NCBI GenBank assembly: GCA_012295275.1
Contig: CM022679.1
Location: 23,250,001 to 23,314,000, forward strand
DNA from: Chrysomallon squamiferum
Lineage: Eukaryota > Animalia > Mollusca
Direction: 5' to 3'
Length of the DNA stretch: 64,000 nt
Shown here one piece after another: positions 31,724 to 47,335 of the stretch. Each line of letters opens with the position of its first letter. Within the stretch, counting starts at the first letter, position 1. Both the position numbers and the translations under genes were made by a program. A model generated the notes under the pieces. That model saw nothing but the letters and a program-made list of their open reading frames with translations. It had not been told where the DNA came from and did not search any database.

Positions 31724-32446
31724 GTATTTTATTTTATTTTATTTTGTTTTGTATTTAAAATAATGCTTATATGTGTGCGTGAACGTGTTATTTTATTTTA
31801 TTATTTTATTTATTTATTTATTATTATTATTATTAGTAGTAGTAGTAGTAGTAGTACTAGTAGTAGTACTAGTAGTAGTAGTAGTAATAGTAGTAGCAGT
31901 AGTGTAATAAATTAATAATCAGAAAGTAATAGTAAGTTACTATTTGAAAAATAAGAATATTGTTTGGTTTTATATAACAGCAAAATACGATATTTTACAC
32001 TACATTAACAATATGATAAGATACGATACATCATAGTAATAATTTGATACGAGACGATACATGTTACATTACAATACAATATGAATACGTTACAACTGCA
32101 ATATAAGTAGTACAGTAGCGAATAAAATATCATACATTACAATAAAACAGAGGAACAGTAAAATAACAGAAATACAATACGATAGAGCACAATACAATAA
32201 AAAAACACATTACAATACAATACAATACAATACAATTAGTTTTATTTTATTTTATTTTTTTTATTCTACTTAATTTTTATTTATTTTTTTTATTTCTAAT
32301 ACTTTTTTTTTCCAGTCCTAGCATTATTTGCATTCTTCCATGAAGCAAATACTAGCGGACACCACTCTGCACACAAAAACGTCAAAAAAATAGAGACCGA
32401 CCACCATATACAAGAAGTTGGTCACATTCGTGAGAACAGAAAGTAA
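31469..32446 (+). CDS. Gene B1: secreted His-rich peptide precursor, 55 aa
   Basis: Exons 31469-31505 (G|gtaaat) and 32316-32446 (ccag|). Encodes MKYFSLYSIVAIVLALFAFFHEANT-SGHHSAHKNVKKIETDHHIQEVGHIRENRK*. Confidence 0.82.
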
Positions 32447-33120
32447 AGGTGCTGTATTTATTATTCGATTAATTTCCCTTTATTTAATTTAGTTTCCTTA
32501 TAAACCAGAGAACATTACTTTTGAATACAGTTAAAATTGGAATAAATAAATAAATAAATAAATAAATAACTACATAAGTAAATAAATAAATAAATAAAAT
32601 AGAAAATATATAAGATACACGTTAGTCATCTCCAATGTGTTTACATTCACTGATGATTTAAGCACGCATTTCCTGGACCACAAGTCTAAAGACAATGTTA
32701 GGGGATTAGTTAGAGAGAAAAGACATTTGAAATAACATTTTATACATAAATGCAGTTAAATACCCAATTCTGATTATTCTATTCCATTTTATTCTGTTTA
32801 TTTGTTTGTTTGTTTGTTCATTCGTTTATGTATTTGTCTATCTATTTATCTGTCGATTTAAATATTTGTTTGTTTATTTATTTGTTTGTTTAATTTGTTT
32901 GTTTTTTTTTTGTTTTTTCAGGATAGCAACCAAACGTTAGATCTGCATCACCTAAAAGATCAATAGTTGTGCTGGTTGCAAATGGAACTGAAACAATTTT
33001 CCCAATAAAATTCTTGATTACAGAAACTATTGTTTTCAAATTTATTAGCCGATATTCATCATTTTCATTTATATCACTATTTATTATTAGTAGTAGTAGT
33101 TGTTGTAGTAGTAGTAGTAA

Positions 33121-33154
<34 letters not shown>

Positions 33155-33347
33155 TGTAGTAGTAATAGTATTAGTAGTAGTAGTATTAGTAGTAGTAGTA
33201 GTAGTAATAGTAGTAGTAGTAGTAGTAATTGTAGTAGTAGTAGGAGTAGGAGTAGTCGTAATATTATTTGTATTAATATTAAAATTATTGGTCATAATTA
33301 TTATTATTATTGTTTCTAAAAAAAAAAATAAGAAAACATTAAAAAAT

Positions 33348-33378
<31 letters not shown>

Positions 33379-33563
33379 AAAATGCTGCCTAATAGAAATA
33401 CAAACTGCGTGAAACACAGAAACTGTCAGTGAATACTTATTACAGGATAGCTCAAGATTAAAAAAAAAAACAGTTGCGGAATTATTACTGTAATAATGAT
33501 ATATAAAGCTGCAGAACAGCATAATGAATAATTATATATATAATTCTTTTGAAACAAACAGTT

Positions 33564-34148
<585 letters not shown>

Positions 34149-35521
34149 TATATATATATAGTAGATACATTATCTCACAAATTCTGTGCAAGAATAACAT
34201 CCGACATGCTCGCAATTTCTGAATCAGAAGATATTCAATTTTAAAATCAAATAAACTTGTACCTTAATCTACATCAACAAGGGGATGTTTTATCTGGAAT
34301 AAAATGGATATTTTTATAGATAAGTGCCATCTTCTATGGAATTTAAAAAGTATACGAACATATTAATTCTTTGCCACAATAAACCGTCAAAGTAATATCG
34401 GCGCCACATTTAATAATTCTGCTGATAATTATTTTTCATATTCCCAGTGTATTTGGATTTGTTGTGCAAAGAAAAATGTAAAAATTTAATTTACGTGGCA
34501 GATGAACATTAAAAATATTTTCTCTTTTAACAAATAAATGAAGTACAGTCAAATACACCTTACGAATATATATATTATTATTGCATTATATATGTGTATG
34601 TGCATTCACTCCATACTAATTGCATAACTAATGGTACACTTACACACATACATTCATGCGTATGTGTAACTGCAGGCCAGTTTATGTATGTAATTTCAGA
34701 TGAAATGTTTTCTTCTTTTATAATTTCTCTATTTCATTATAATTAACAGAATGTAATTATTTGTAAATAAATGTATAATGAGTCGGTGTGTGGATATTGA
34801 TAAACATTCATTTAGTTTGTATTTTTATGGTTAGATGTTTTTAAAATGATCCGCCAAATGCTAAACTGGTATGATGGACTTTAAAAACAAATGAACGCTG
34901 TATTAAAGGGACGTTACTGTAATTCAAAAATTACGTTAATTGTCTGTTGAAAATTATTCTTACAAAGCCTAATATTTATATCAAAGTGTTAATTGATTAA
35001 GCTATTTAAACATTTTCTAACAAAATATAAGTAAATATTGTCTAACCAGGATATTTATCATAAAAAGCTTGTTTTCGCCTCTGTCTCTTTAGCCAACTAA
35101 ATATATCATTATATTTTGTTATATTTAGCGAAAAAGGAATTAAAATTTTCACGAAAGGTTGGTTGGTGGGTTTTTTGGAGTGACTCTTCTTTACTTCTTT
35201 TTTTTTTCTTTTTTGTTTTTTAATATCATCAGAGAGAATTTAAAAAAAAATTACGATGAAAACAAATTACCTTTAACAAAAAATTGATTACAAAATGGAA
35301 AACGAATAAATAATCCTACTAAGGAAAACAATCTATATGTTTAATGTATAGAGTGTGTTCTCGTAAAAATGAGAACATTTATATTTTTGTATTGTTAGCT
35401 TCGAAGTAAAGGTTATACACCATCATGGTAACTAAGTATGCAGGATAACATCATCTCATAAAGAAATGGTAGTGGATGTACTTAGCCACTGAAGTTGTCG
35501 TTGTTGTTTTCCCTTTTCATG

Positions 35522-35578
<57 letters not shown>

Positions 35579-35608
35579 GGCTGGAAAAATGTTTCATATT
35601 CTTAATCG

Positions 35609-35718
<110 letters not shown>

Positions 35719-35838
35719 GTGTAACGCCATTTCTTTTAACGATTGTATTTGAGGTTTTTAATACATTACATATAGCAACTTTCTGTGATGATATTAAGTG
35801 AACATTTTGAAGTGTTTTGTGATCTATTGTTATTGCTG

Positions 35839-35899
<61 letters not shown>

Positions 35900-36864
35900 C
35901 AACCTTTGAACACTGAATGGGCCAATAGTTCATGAAATAAATTGTAATAACTTCTCATTATCATGTCTGGTGATTTGTTTCATAATTTTATTAATATCTT
36001 CTTGTTCTTCTCTTTTGTTAAATCTGACGTGAGGCTCACTATTGAAACAAACTGTTATTAATAAAATAAAATAAATGTTTAATAATTAATGCTATTGCAA
36101 GCATTAGCCTTTTCATTTTGCTAATAGTAACATTTGACTGCCGTGTTATATAATCTTCATGTATTAAAAAAAAAAAAGGGTGATCTTCTGAAATAGTTGC
36201 ACATAACCTAAATGATAATAAAATAGGTTACCAACGGGAAAGATCCAAGACTTTAAGAAATCATATAACGCAGACACCCACTATTTACTTTGCTGCTCCG
36301 CTCCTGAAATAATTTTCAGTATTATTTTGTGATAAAGTTATCGTGTGACATACATGATCTCTATTGTTTTATTCTATCTTTTGATGTAAATTATTAAAAT
36401 AAAAATTTTCAAAAAATCAGAATTGTTCTGTCGTGAATTATTTGCATCGTGCTCATTGTTATCATCATGAGTATGATTATTATTATTGTTATTATTGCTG
36501 CTGTTGTTGTATATATGAAAAATCAAAGGATATTTCCCTAAGCATGAGTATAATTATAGTACTAGTATGTTTGTATGTGTGCATGTGTGTGTGTGTGTGT
36601 TGTGTGTGTGTGTTTGTGTATGGTGTGTGTGTGTGTGTTTATTCTTGAATTTTACAGTTGATGTACTTAGGAAACAGTCTTGGATAAGCGAAATCCATTG
36701 TATGACAGCACTCCTGATTTAGTAGAATGTAATACAGTGACGTAACGTAAACGTTTGAAATCACGTAATAACCAAGAACGATAAGTCATGTACAGGCACG
36801 TTTTCATAGCTGGATAGTGTATTTGATTTCATTTGATTTGGGGTAACAAGCTAGCTTCTTCAGT

Positions 36865-36955
<91 letters not shown>

Positions 36956-36956
36956 C

Positions 36957-37080
<124 letters not shown>

Positions 37081-37944
37081 GTATAGATAATAAACAAATA
37101 ATTTAAAAAGAAAATAATAATAATTATAATAATAATGATTATAAAATCAAGAACAACAATTCTTCTGATTTTCTGTACGGTTATAATAATGTGGTTGTCT
37201 CCCTTTATGAAACCGTTTCTAATTATTTTGATGTGTTTAAAGGATACCAGTACGAGCCCAGAAAGCATAGAAACTGATAGATCATTCTTTCTTTTTTCTT
37301 TCTTTCTTTTTTAATCTTATTACAATAAATACCTTTTCTGAAATAAATAAATATGGACAATTAGAATATTTTAATATCTGCTTATTTTATTAGATAACAT
37401 AAAATAAGTAATTAAAAACGAAATGCCATTCATTTATCTACTTTATACACATATGGAATTTAATGTATTTTATTCTATTTTTATATTTCTTCATAAAAAT
37501 AGAAAACGACAGCATTTCTCAAATAATTATTACTACAGTATTTTTCTTTATTTATTTCTTTCTTTTAAATACGATATGGAAATTTATATAGGATGCTTTC
37601 TGATTATATATATAGTTTTTATTTTTACTGCTTCTTTTGTTATTTATTTATTTATTTATTTTCGTGTTTGTTGTTTTATTCGAAATTGTTTTTTTCTTTT
37701 ATATCTTTTGGTATCACTAAGTAATTTAAATTTATTTTTGATCATTGTGACGAACTAATGTTAACCTAACAGCTGTTTGCAAATACGTGCATGTCTGACG
37801 TTTTGTACAGTAACACAACATCGAGTCACCTTTATTAATCTGCTAAGAGATATTAACCGAAACAGCATTGTGTTAAGATGTGCATATTTATAAATTACTG
37901 ACACAACAACAACAACAACAACAATAACAATACTAATAATAATC

Positions 37945-37980
<36 letters not shown>

Positions 37981-39212
37981 GATGCGTTCTGGTTGTTCTA
38001 TTATATTTATTTGTTTGTTTGATTCTTTTCTTCTTCTTTCTTCTTCTTCTTCTTTTTCTTATCATGCCTCTGCGGATCACATAGTAATTTAAACTTATTT
38101 TATGATCATTAAGGAAGAGCTGGTGTTACCTAACAGCTATCTGCAAATACATGCATGTCTGACGTTTTGTATTCATCGAGACATTTTTATTAATTTTTTT
38201 TACCACAAGCCACAACTGTCACTGAAACAATAACCATAGTGCACTAACTGCACGACTTCATCGCCTGCATGTGTCATTTCGAATATTTAATCATCTCAGA
38301 TAATAAGATTACAAACTGCAGCGGTTCAAGATCAGCTGAGTGGTTATAAATAATAAAAATAATACCAAAAAGAATGTCAAAAACACCAAAAAAATCAAGA
38401 AGGAAATAAAATTGAAATGTTACGATACATTTGGTTGAAATGGAAGATTAATTTTTAGTGCTGTTAACATTACCTGACATTAAGTAGATTGTTGTAATAT
38501 TTAATTTAATATTATCTGAAACATGTAAAATCTGTAAGTATAGTTGTTATACGATATCAGCTAACGAATTCAAGAAATTCAAATACAATTATATTCATCA
38601 CTGAAATATCTAACGTACGCAGCTTTTCTTTATCAATAACGTTTATAGTTTTATCAGCAATATATTTTGGCTTATGTTCTTTTTCCGTACGTCCACTTTT
38701 TGTTTGGGGCTAATAGAAGGATGTACCTAAGAAAATCACTCAGGGCTTTTATAGGTATTTTACATCATTAACATTAGTGCTCTACCCTTCACACATACAC
38801 CATCAGCATCACTGCGGTATATAATCTACAGACTTTTTCATTAAAAAAGAAAACTTTATTTTTTGTTTTGTTTTTCTGCTGCACAACAAACGCCTAAAAG
38901 TCAGATATGCATAACTGTAATATCCTCTTATCAAAGTGCAAATGCAATGTATGGATACAAATGAACTTGAAACGAGGAAGTGAATGAAAGGAAATAATGA
39001 GGACCATCATAATGGTCATCGTATTATCCACATCGCTGGCCACTGCTGTGCGTTTCATCATCATGATGCTGTTTCGTACTGTTCAAGCTTGTCAAATATC
39101 CTGTGGTTATCCCCACTAAATTATGTATATAAACCAGGCAGTTACCCAACGTTTTCAGTTATTTCCACACACCACTACCAACGAATCGAACACAGAAGTT
39201 TCAACTGACAAG

Positions 39213-40029
39213 ATGAAGTACATTAGCTGTTTTCTTTTAGGTATGATGCTAACTCTTTCAATTTCGATACATAATTATTTTTAAATATCTGTTATGTTGT
39301 TGTTGTTGTTTTTTCATTTAATTTATTTGATTTGATTTTATAAATAAATAGTTTTATTAAATAATATTTTGTTATTACATGGCTAGTAACTAACTGAATG
39401 ATAAATATTTTTGTTTGTCATTTGTTTGTTTTTTATTGTTGTTTTTTTGGGGGGGAGGGGGACGGGTTTGTTGTTGTGTTTTAATACATAGCCAGAAAAT
39501 TACTAAAGACAAAATTTATAATTTAAACATCTAAATTATTACAATGAATGATTTTATTGTAATCTAGTGTATGATAGTATACAATCAGAAAAGAGCAAAG
39601 TACAAGACTATGCAATCCAGTTGAATACAATACGACATATTGCATTACAATAGAGCAACAATATGATACGATAACAATCCAAAGAGTGCAATAGCAAATA
39701 CACTACCATTTATTATTTAATTTTAATTGTTTTGTTTCTTTTGGGTTTTTTTTTTTTACTATTGTTATTCATTTTATCTTTTTGCAGTCCTTTTATTACT
39801 CTCATTCTTCCGAGCATCAAATACTCACGGACACGGTCACGGCGGTCATGGACATGGTCACGGTGGTCACGGACATGGTCACGGTGGTCACGGACACGGT
39901 GGACATGGACATGGTGGTCATGGACATGGTCATGGCGGACACGGACATGGTCACGGTGGTCACGGACATGGTCACGGCGGTCACGGACACGGTGGACACG
40001 GACATGGTGGTCATGGACATCACGGATAG
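39213..40029 (+). CDS. Gene A2: secreted His/Gly peptide precursor, 89 aa
   Basis: Exons 39213-39240 and 39788-40029. Same signal peptide as A1. The 67-aa mature region contains only H and G. Confidence 0.88.
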
Positions 40030-40872
40030 AATGTAAAAGTGCACAGAGTTCATTATTTGATTAATTTAGCGTTATATAATTTAGTTCCTTTCATAAACTG
40101 ACAGAACTTTAGTTAAAAACAGTCAAAAGTCGATTTTAAAAATAAAATGAATAATTAAGTAGCAAAAGAAAATATATAAGACATATCTCAATCAAATATC
40201 TCAAATGTGTTTACATTTACTGGAGGCTCAAGCAGGAAACACAAAGCTTAAAACAATGTTAAAGGATTATAGGATTAATAAAGTAAGAGACGGCAAATTC
40301 AACATGTTTTACATGTATAAAAATACGATTAAATAAAATATAGATGTTTCTGATTATTCTTTTTTTTTTCTTTTTTTTTTCATCTTTTATTTCAGGATTA
40401 CATCCATAAGTTACTTCTAAATCACCCAAACGATCAATGGTTGTGCTGGCTGCAACCTGTACTGAAACAATTTTGCAAATAAAGTTCATAACTATACAAA
40501 CTGTTGTTTTGAAATTTGTTATCAGATATTCATCATTTTCACATCATCACTATTTACTGGTTTGGTTGTTGTTACTGTTGTTGTGTGATGTTGTTCTTTT
40601 TCTTTTTTTTATTACTGTTATTGGTAGTAGCAGTAGTAGTAATAGTAGTAGTTGTAGCAGTAGTAGTTGTTGTTGTAGTAGTGGTGGTAGTAGTAGTAGT
40701 AGTTGTTGCTGTTGTAATATTAATTACGCCTTACTAATTTTTGACATTCTTGCATGAAAACATGAACTATAGGAAACAGTTTCATTTCTTCTAAAGATTC
40801 TATATATTTAACTTAGTTGTTAATTTGTAATTAATTTAAATTTTAATTTATCTCCACACACACACACACACA

Positions 40873-40916
<44 letters not shown>

Positions 40917-41655
40917 ACACATATATATTTGAAATTCCTTTGAAATTTCTCCCTAAAATGATGATAACGGATTTTATCTGCTGGAATACCATTATTAAAA
41001 ATGATGTATGATTAACATTTTATAATATTACAGTCATAGGTATTTAAGATAAATATATCGGCTGTTTTTTTTTTTTTTTTTTTTTTTTTCTTCTTCACAG
41101 ATTTATGCTGTCAAAATGAAATTGACAACGATATAAATCTACGTTAAAAACCTAAAACTAGTCAAGATGATATATACCAAACTTTTATATTTTAAGATGT
41201 AACCTTCTACTACGGTTAGCAAAAATGTCTCCCAAGATTGATAAACGATATGCTAAGAAGATATAAGAATTAAATTATAACTGTTAATTTGCTCTATTTA
41301 CACAGATTTTAATCTTTTTATGATTTAATTTCTTTCTCACTGACTGAACGATTCATTGATGATGATGAATTATGATTTATTTTTTTATTTATTTTTATTG
41401 TTATAATCATTATCATTATACTTTTGTTATTATTATTATTATTATATACTTTTGTGTAATTTTCTATTGATTTGTTTCGGAATTTTTATATATTAATTTA
41501 TTTTCATTTACTATCATTTGGTGAATAATAGTAACAGTGCACTACAACAAGAAGAACAACTCAGTTACTACAACTGCTACATCTACTACCACTACTACTA
41601 CTAATAATAATAGTGATAACGAAAATTGTTAAAAGAAATGGCGTTATACGTAGAC

Positions 41656-41753
<98 letters not shown>

Positions 41754-42168
41754 CATTCTATGCATGTCAGAGAGATTTTTTGACACAGCGCATTGTACGC
41801 AAGTCGCCAAAACGTCACGTCAAAAGCATATTAAATATTACATAAAAAGAATATGAAATATTACATCAAAAGCATATTGAATATTACATAAAAAGAATAT
41901 GAAATATTACATCAAAAGCATATTGAATATTACATCAAAAGCATATTAAATATTACATCATAAGAATATGTAATATTACATCAAAAGAATATGTAATATT
42001 ACATCAAAAGCATATGAAATATTAATATTAAATATTAAACACAAAAAAATAAAAATAAGTTCATAAAATTGAATATCACTTCTACAAAGACTGTATATAA
42101 ACAAAACAATTCTAACTTAATTTCAGAGTACTGCAAGCCTTATACGACTAAACAGTAGACCTGTCAGA

Positions 42169-43129
42169 ATGAAATACTTCAGTCTTTACAGCATTGTGGC
42201 TATTGGTAAATATTATCCTGTGTTTTGATTGTAATTCATTGTTAAGTTTCCCAAACAGTTTATAAACGTCTCTAGATAGAAAATATAGAATTACTCAACG
42301 TGCATATTATTTGTAACTTAACAGAAGTTAAATTAACACAGTGAAGTACATTTATTGTTTTATCTTAGGTAAAATGCTAATTTTATATTTATATATATAT
42401 ATATATATTTAGTATTTTATTTTATTTTATTTTGTTTTGTATTTAAAATAATGCTTATATGTGTGCGTGAACGTGTTATTTTATTTTATTATTTTATTTA
42501 TTTATTTATTATTATTAGTAGTAGTAGTAGTAGTAGTAGTAGTACTAGTAGTAGTACTAGTAGTAGTAGTAGTAATAGTAGTAGCAGTAGTGTAATAAAT
42601 TAATAATCAGAAAGTAATAGTAAGTTACTATTTGAAAAATAAGAATATTGTTTGGTTTTATATAACAGCAAAATACGATATTTTACACTACATTAACAAT
42701 ATGATAAGATACGATACATCATAGTAATAATTTGATACGAGACGATACATGTTACATTACAATACAATATGAATACGTTACAACTGCAATATAAGTAGTA
42801 CAGTAGCGAATAAAATATCATACATTACAATAAAACAGAGGAACAGTAAAATAACAGAAATACAATACGATAGAGCACAATACAATAAAAACAACACATT
42901 ACAATACAATACAATACAATACAATTAGTTTTATTTTATTTTATTTTTTATTCTACTTAATTTTTATTTATTTTTATTTCTAATACTTTTTTTTCCAGTC
43001 CTAGCATTATTTGCATTCTTCCATGAAGCAAATACTAGCGGACACAGCGCTGCACACAAAAACGTCAAACACATACAGACCGAGCACCATATACAACACG
43101 TTGATCACGTTCATGAGAACAGAAAGTAA
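42169..43129 (+). CDS. Gene B2: secreted His-rich peptide precursor, 55 aa
   Basis: Exons 42169-42205 and 42999-43129. Mature peptide SGHSAAHKNVKHIQTEHHIQHVDHVHENRK*. Confidence 0.82.
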
Positions 43130-44230
43130 AGGTGCTGTATTTATTATTCGATTAATTTCCCTTTATTTAATTTAGTTTCCTTATAAACCAGAGAACATTA
43201 CTTTTGAATACAGTTAAAATTGGAATAAATAAATAAATAAATAAATAAATAAATACATAAGTAAATAAATAAATAAATAAAATAGAAAATATATAAGATA
43301 CACGTTAGTCATCTCCAATGTGTTTACATTCACTGATGATTTAAGCACGCATTTCCTGGACCACAAGTCTAAAGACAATGTTAGGGGATTAGTTAGAGAG
43401 AAAAGACATTTGAAATAACATTTTATACATAAATGCAGTTAAATACCCAATTCTGATTATTCTATTCCATTTTATTCTGTTTATTTGTTTGTTTGTTTGT
43501 TCATTCGTTTATGTATTTGTATATCTATTTATCTGTCGATTTAAATATTTGTTTGTTTATTTGTTTGTTTGTTTAATTTGTTTGTTTTTTTTGTGTTTTT
43601 TCAGGATAGCAACCAAACGTTAGATCTGCAGCAACTAAAAGATCAATAGTTGTGCTGGTTGCAAATGGAACTGAAACAATTTTCCCAATAAAATTCTTGA
43701 TTACAGAAACTATTGTTTTCAAATTTATTAGCCGATATTCATCATTTTCATTTATATCACTATTTATTATTAGTAGTAGTAGTTGTTGTAGTAGTAGTAG
43801 TAATAGTATTAGTAGTAGTAGTATTAGTAGTAGTTGTAGTAGTAATAGTATTAGTAGTAGTAGTATTAGTAGTAGTAGTAGTAGTAATAGTAGTAGTAAT
43901 AGTAGTAAGTGTAGTGGTAGTAGGAGTAGGTGTAGTCGTAATATTATTTGTATTAATATTAAAATTATTGGTCATAATTATTATTATTATTGTTTCTAAA
44001 AAAAAAAAAAGAAAAACATTAAAAAATAATAATAATAATTAAAAAAAAATGCTGCCTAATAGAAATACAAACTGCGTGAAACACAGAAACTGTCAGTGAA
44101 TACTTATTACAGGATAGCTCAAGATTAAAAAAAAAAACAGTTGCGGAATTATTACTGTAATAATGATATATAAAGCTGCAGAACAGCATAATGAATAATT
44201 ATATATATAATTCTTTTGAAACAAACATTT

Positions 44231-44323
<93 letters not shown>

Positions 44324-46065
44324 GTGAGTATATAATACTAATTATGTGTTTTTGTTTGTTTTCTCCTTTTTTCCAAGATATGTTATTTCCTAATATTTAT
44401 TCGTATCCATCATATGCTATTGTAATATCATATTGTTTGCATGTTATAACATTGCCTTCCTCATTCCCGTTCCAAACAGTTTGTTTAGAATATTATCACC
44501 AAAGTTACTTGTAAATTCGGAAAATTAATACAAAAAAATAAATAATAAAACATAAATATTAAAATAAAAAGTAATAAATAGGATAAAATTAAAATTAAAA
44601 TAAAATAAAATAAAATAATATATATATATAGTAGATACATTATCTCACAAATTCTGTGCAAGAATAACATCCGACATGCTCGCAATTTCTGAATCAGAAG
44701 ATGTTCAATTTTAAAATCAAATAAACTTGTACCTTAATCTACATCAACAAGGGGATGTTTTATCTGGAATAAAATGGATATTTTTATAGATAAGTGCCAT
44801 CTTCTATGGAATTTAAAAAGTATACGAACATATTAATTCTTTGCCACAATAAACCGTCAAAGTAATATCGGCGCCACATTTAATAATTCTGCTGATCATT
44901 ATTTTTCATATTCCCAGTGTATTTGGATTTGTTGTGCAACGAAAAATGTAAAAATTTAATTTACGTGGCAGATGAACATTAAAAATATTTTCTCTTTTAA
45001 CAAATAAATGAAGTACAGTCAAATACACCTTACGAATATATATATTATTATTGCATTATATATGTGTATGTGCATTCACTCCATAGTAATTGCATAACTA
45101 ATGGTACACTTACACACATACATTCATGCGTATGTGTAACTGCAGGCCAGTTTATGTATGTAATTTCAGATGAAATGTTTTCTTCTTTTATAATTTCTCT
45201 ATTTCATTATAATTAACAGAATGTAATTATTTGTAAATAAATGTATAATGAGTCGGTGTGTGGATATTGATAAACATTCATTTAGTTTGTATTTTTATGG
45301 TTAGATGTTTTTAAAATGATCCGCCAAATGCTAAACTGGTAGGATGGACTTTAAAAACAAATGAACGCTGTATTAAAGGGACGTTACTGTAATTCAAAAA
45401 TTACGTTAATTGTCTGTTGAAAATTATTCTTACAAAGCCTAATATTTATATCAAAGTGTTAATTGATTAAGCTATTTAAACATTTTCTAACAAAATATAA
45501 GTAAATATTGTCTAACCAGGATATTTATCATAAAAAGCTTGTTTTCGCCTCTGTCTCTTTAGCCAACTAAATATATCATTATATTTTGTTATATTTAGCG
45601 GAAAAGGAATTAAAATTTTCACGAAAGGTTGGTTGGTGGGTTTTTTGGAGTGACTCTTCTTTACTTCTTTTTTTTTTTTTTTTTTTTTTAATATCATCAG
45701 AGAGAATTTTAAAAAAAAATTACGATGAAAACAAATTACCTTTAACAAAAAATTGATTACAAAATGGAAAACGAATAAATAATCCTACTAAGGAAAACAA
45801 TCTATATGTTTAATGTATAGAGTGTGTTCTCGTAAAAATGAGAACATTTATATTTTTGTATTGTTAGCTTCGAAGTAAAGGTTATACACCATCATGGTAA
45901 CTAAGTATGCAGGATAACATCATCTCATAAAGAAATGGTAGTGGATGTACTTAGCCACTGAAGTTGTCGTTGTTGTTTTCCCTTTTTATGTCATTATTAT
46001 TATTATTATTATTGTTACATTCGGCTGGAAAAATGTTTCATATTCTTAATCGTAATCTCTCTCTG

Positions 46066-46156
<91 letters not shown>

Positions 46157-47275
46157 GTGTAACGCCATTTCTTTTAACGATTGTATTTGAGGTTTTTAAT
46201 ACATCACATATAGCAACTTTCTGTGATGATATTAAGTGAACATTTTGAAGTGTTTTGTGATCTATTGTTATTGCTGTTGTTATTATTATTATTATTATTA
46301 GTAGTATTATTATTATTATTATCAACCTTTGAACACTGAATGGGCCAATAGTTCATGAAATAAATTGTAATAACTTCTCATTATCATGTCTGGTGATTTG
46401 TTTCATAATTTTATTAATATCTTCTTGTTCTTCTCTTTTGTTAAATCTGACGTGAGGATCACTATTGAAACAAACTGTTATTAATAAAATAAAATAAATG
46501 TTTAATAATTAATGCTATTGCAAGCATTAGCCTTTTCATTTTGCTAATAGTAACATTTGACTGCCGTGTTATATAATCTTCATGTATTAAAAAAAAAAAC
46601 GGTGATCTTCTGAAATAGTTGCACATAACCTAAATGATAATAAAATAGGTTACCAACGGGAAAGATCCAAGACTTTAAGAAATCATATAACGCAGACACC
46701 CACTATTTACTTTGCTGCTCCGCTCCTGAAATAATTTTCAGTATTATTTTGTGATAAAGTTATCGTGTGACATACATGATCTCTATTGTTTTATTCTATC
46801 TTTTGATGTAAATTATTAAAATAAAATTTTTCAAAAAATCAGAATTGTTCTGTCGTGAATTATTTGCATCGTGCTCATTGTTATCATCATGAGTATGATT
46901 ATTATTATTGTTATTATTGCTGCTGTTGTTGTATATATGAAAAATCAAAGGATATTTCCCTAAGCATGAGTATAATTATAGTACTAGTATGTTTGTATGT
47001 GTGCATGTGTGTGTGTGTGTGTGTTGTGTGTGTATGTTTGTGTATGGTGTGTGTGTGTGTGTATTTATTCTTGAATTTTACAGTTGATGTACTTAGGAAA
47101 CAGTCTTGGATAAGCGAAATCCATTGTATGACAGTACTCCTGATTTAGTGACGTAACGTAAACGTTTGAAATCACGTAATAACCAAGAACGATAAGTCAT
47201 GTACAGGCACGTTTTCATAGCTGGATAGTGTATTTGATTTCATTTGATTTGGGGTAACAAGCTAGCTTCTTCAGT

Positions 47276-47335
<60 letters not shown>

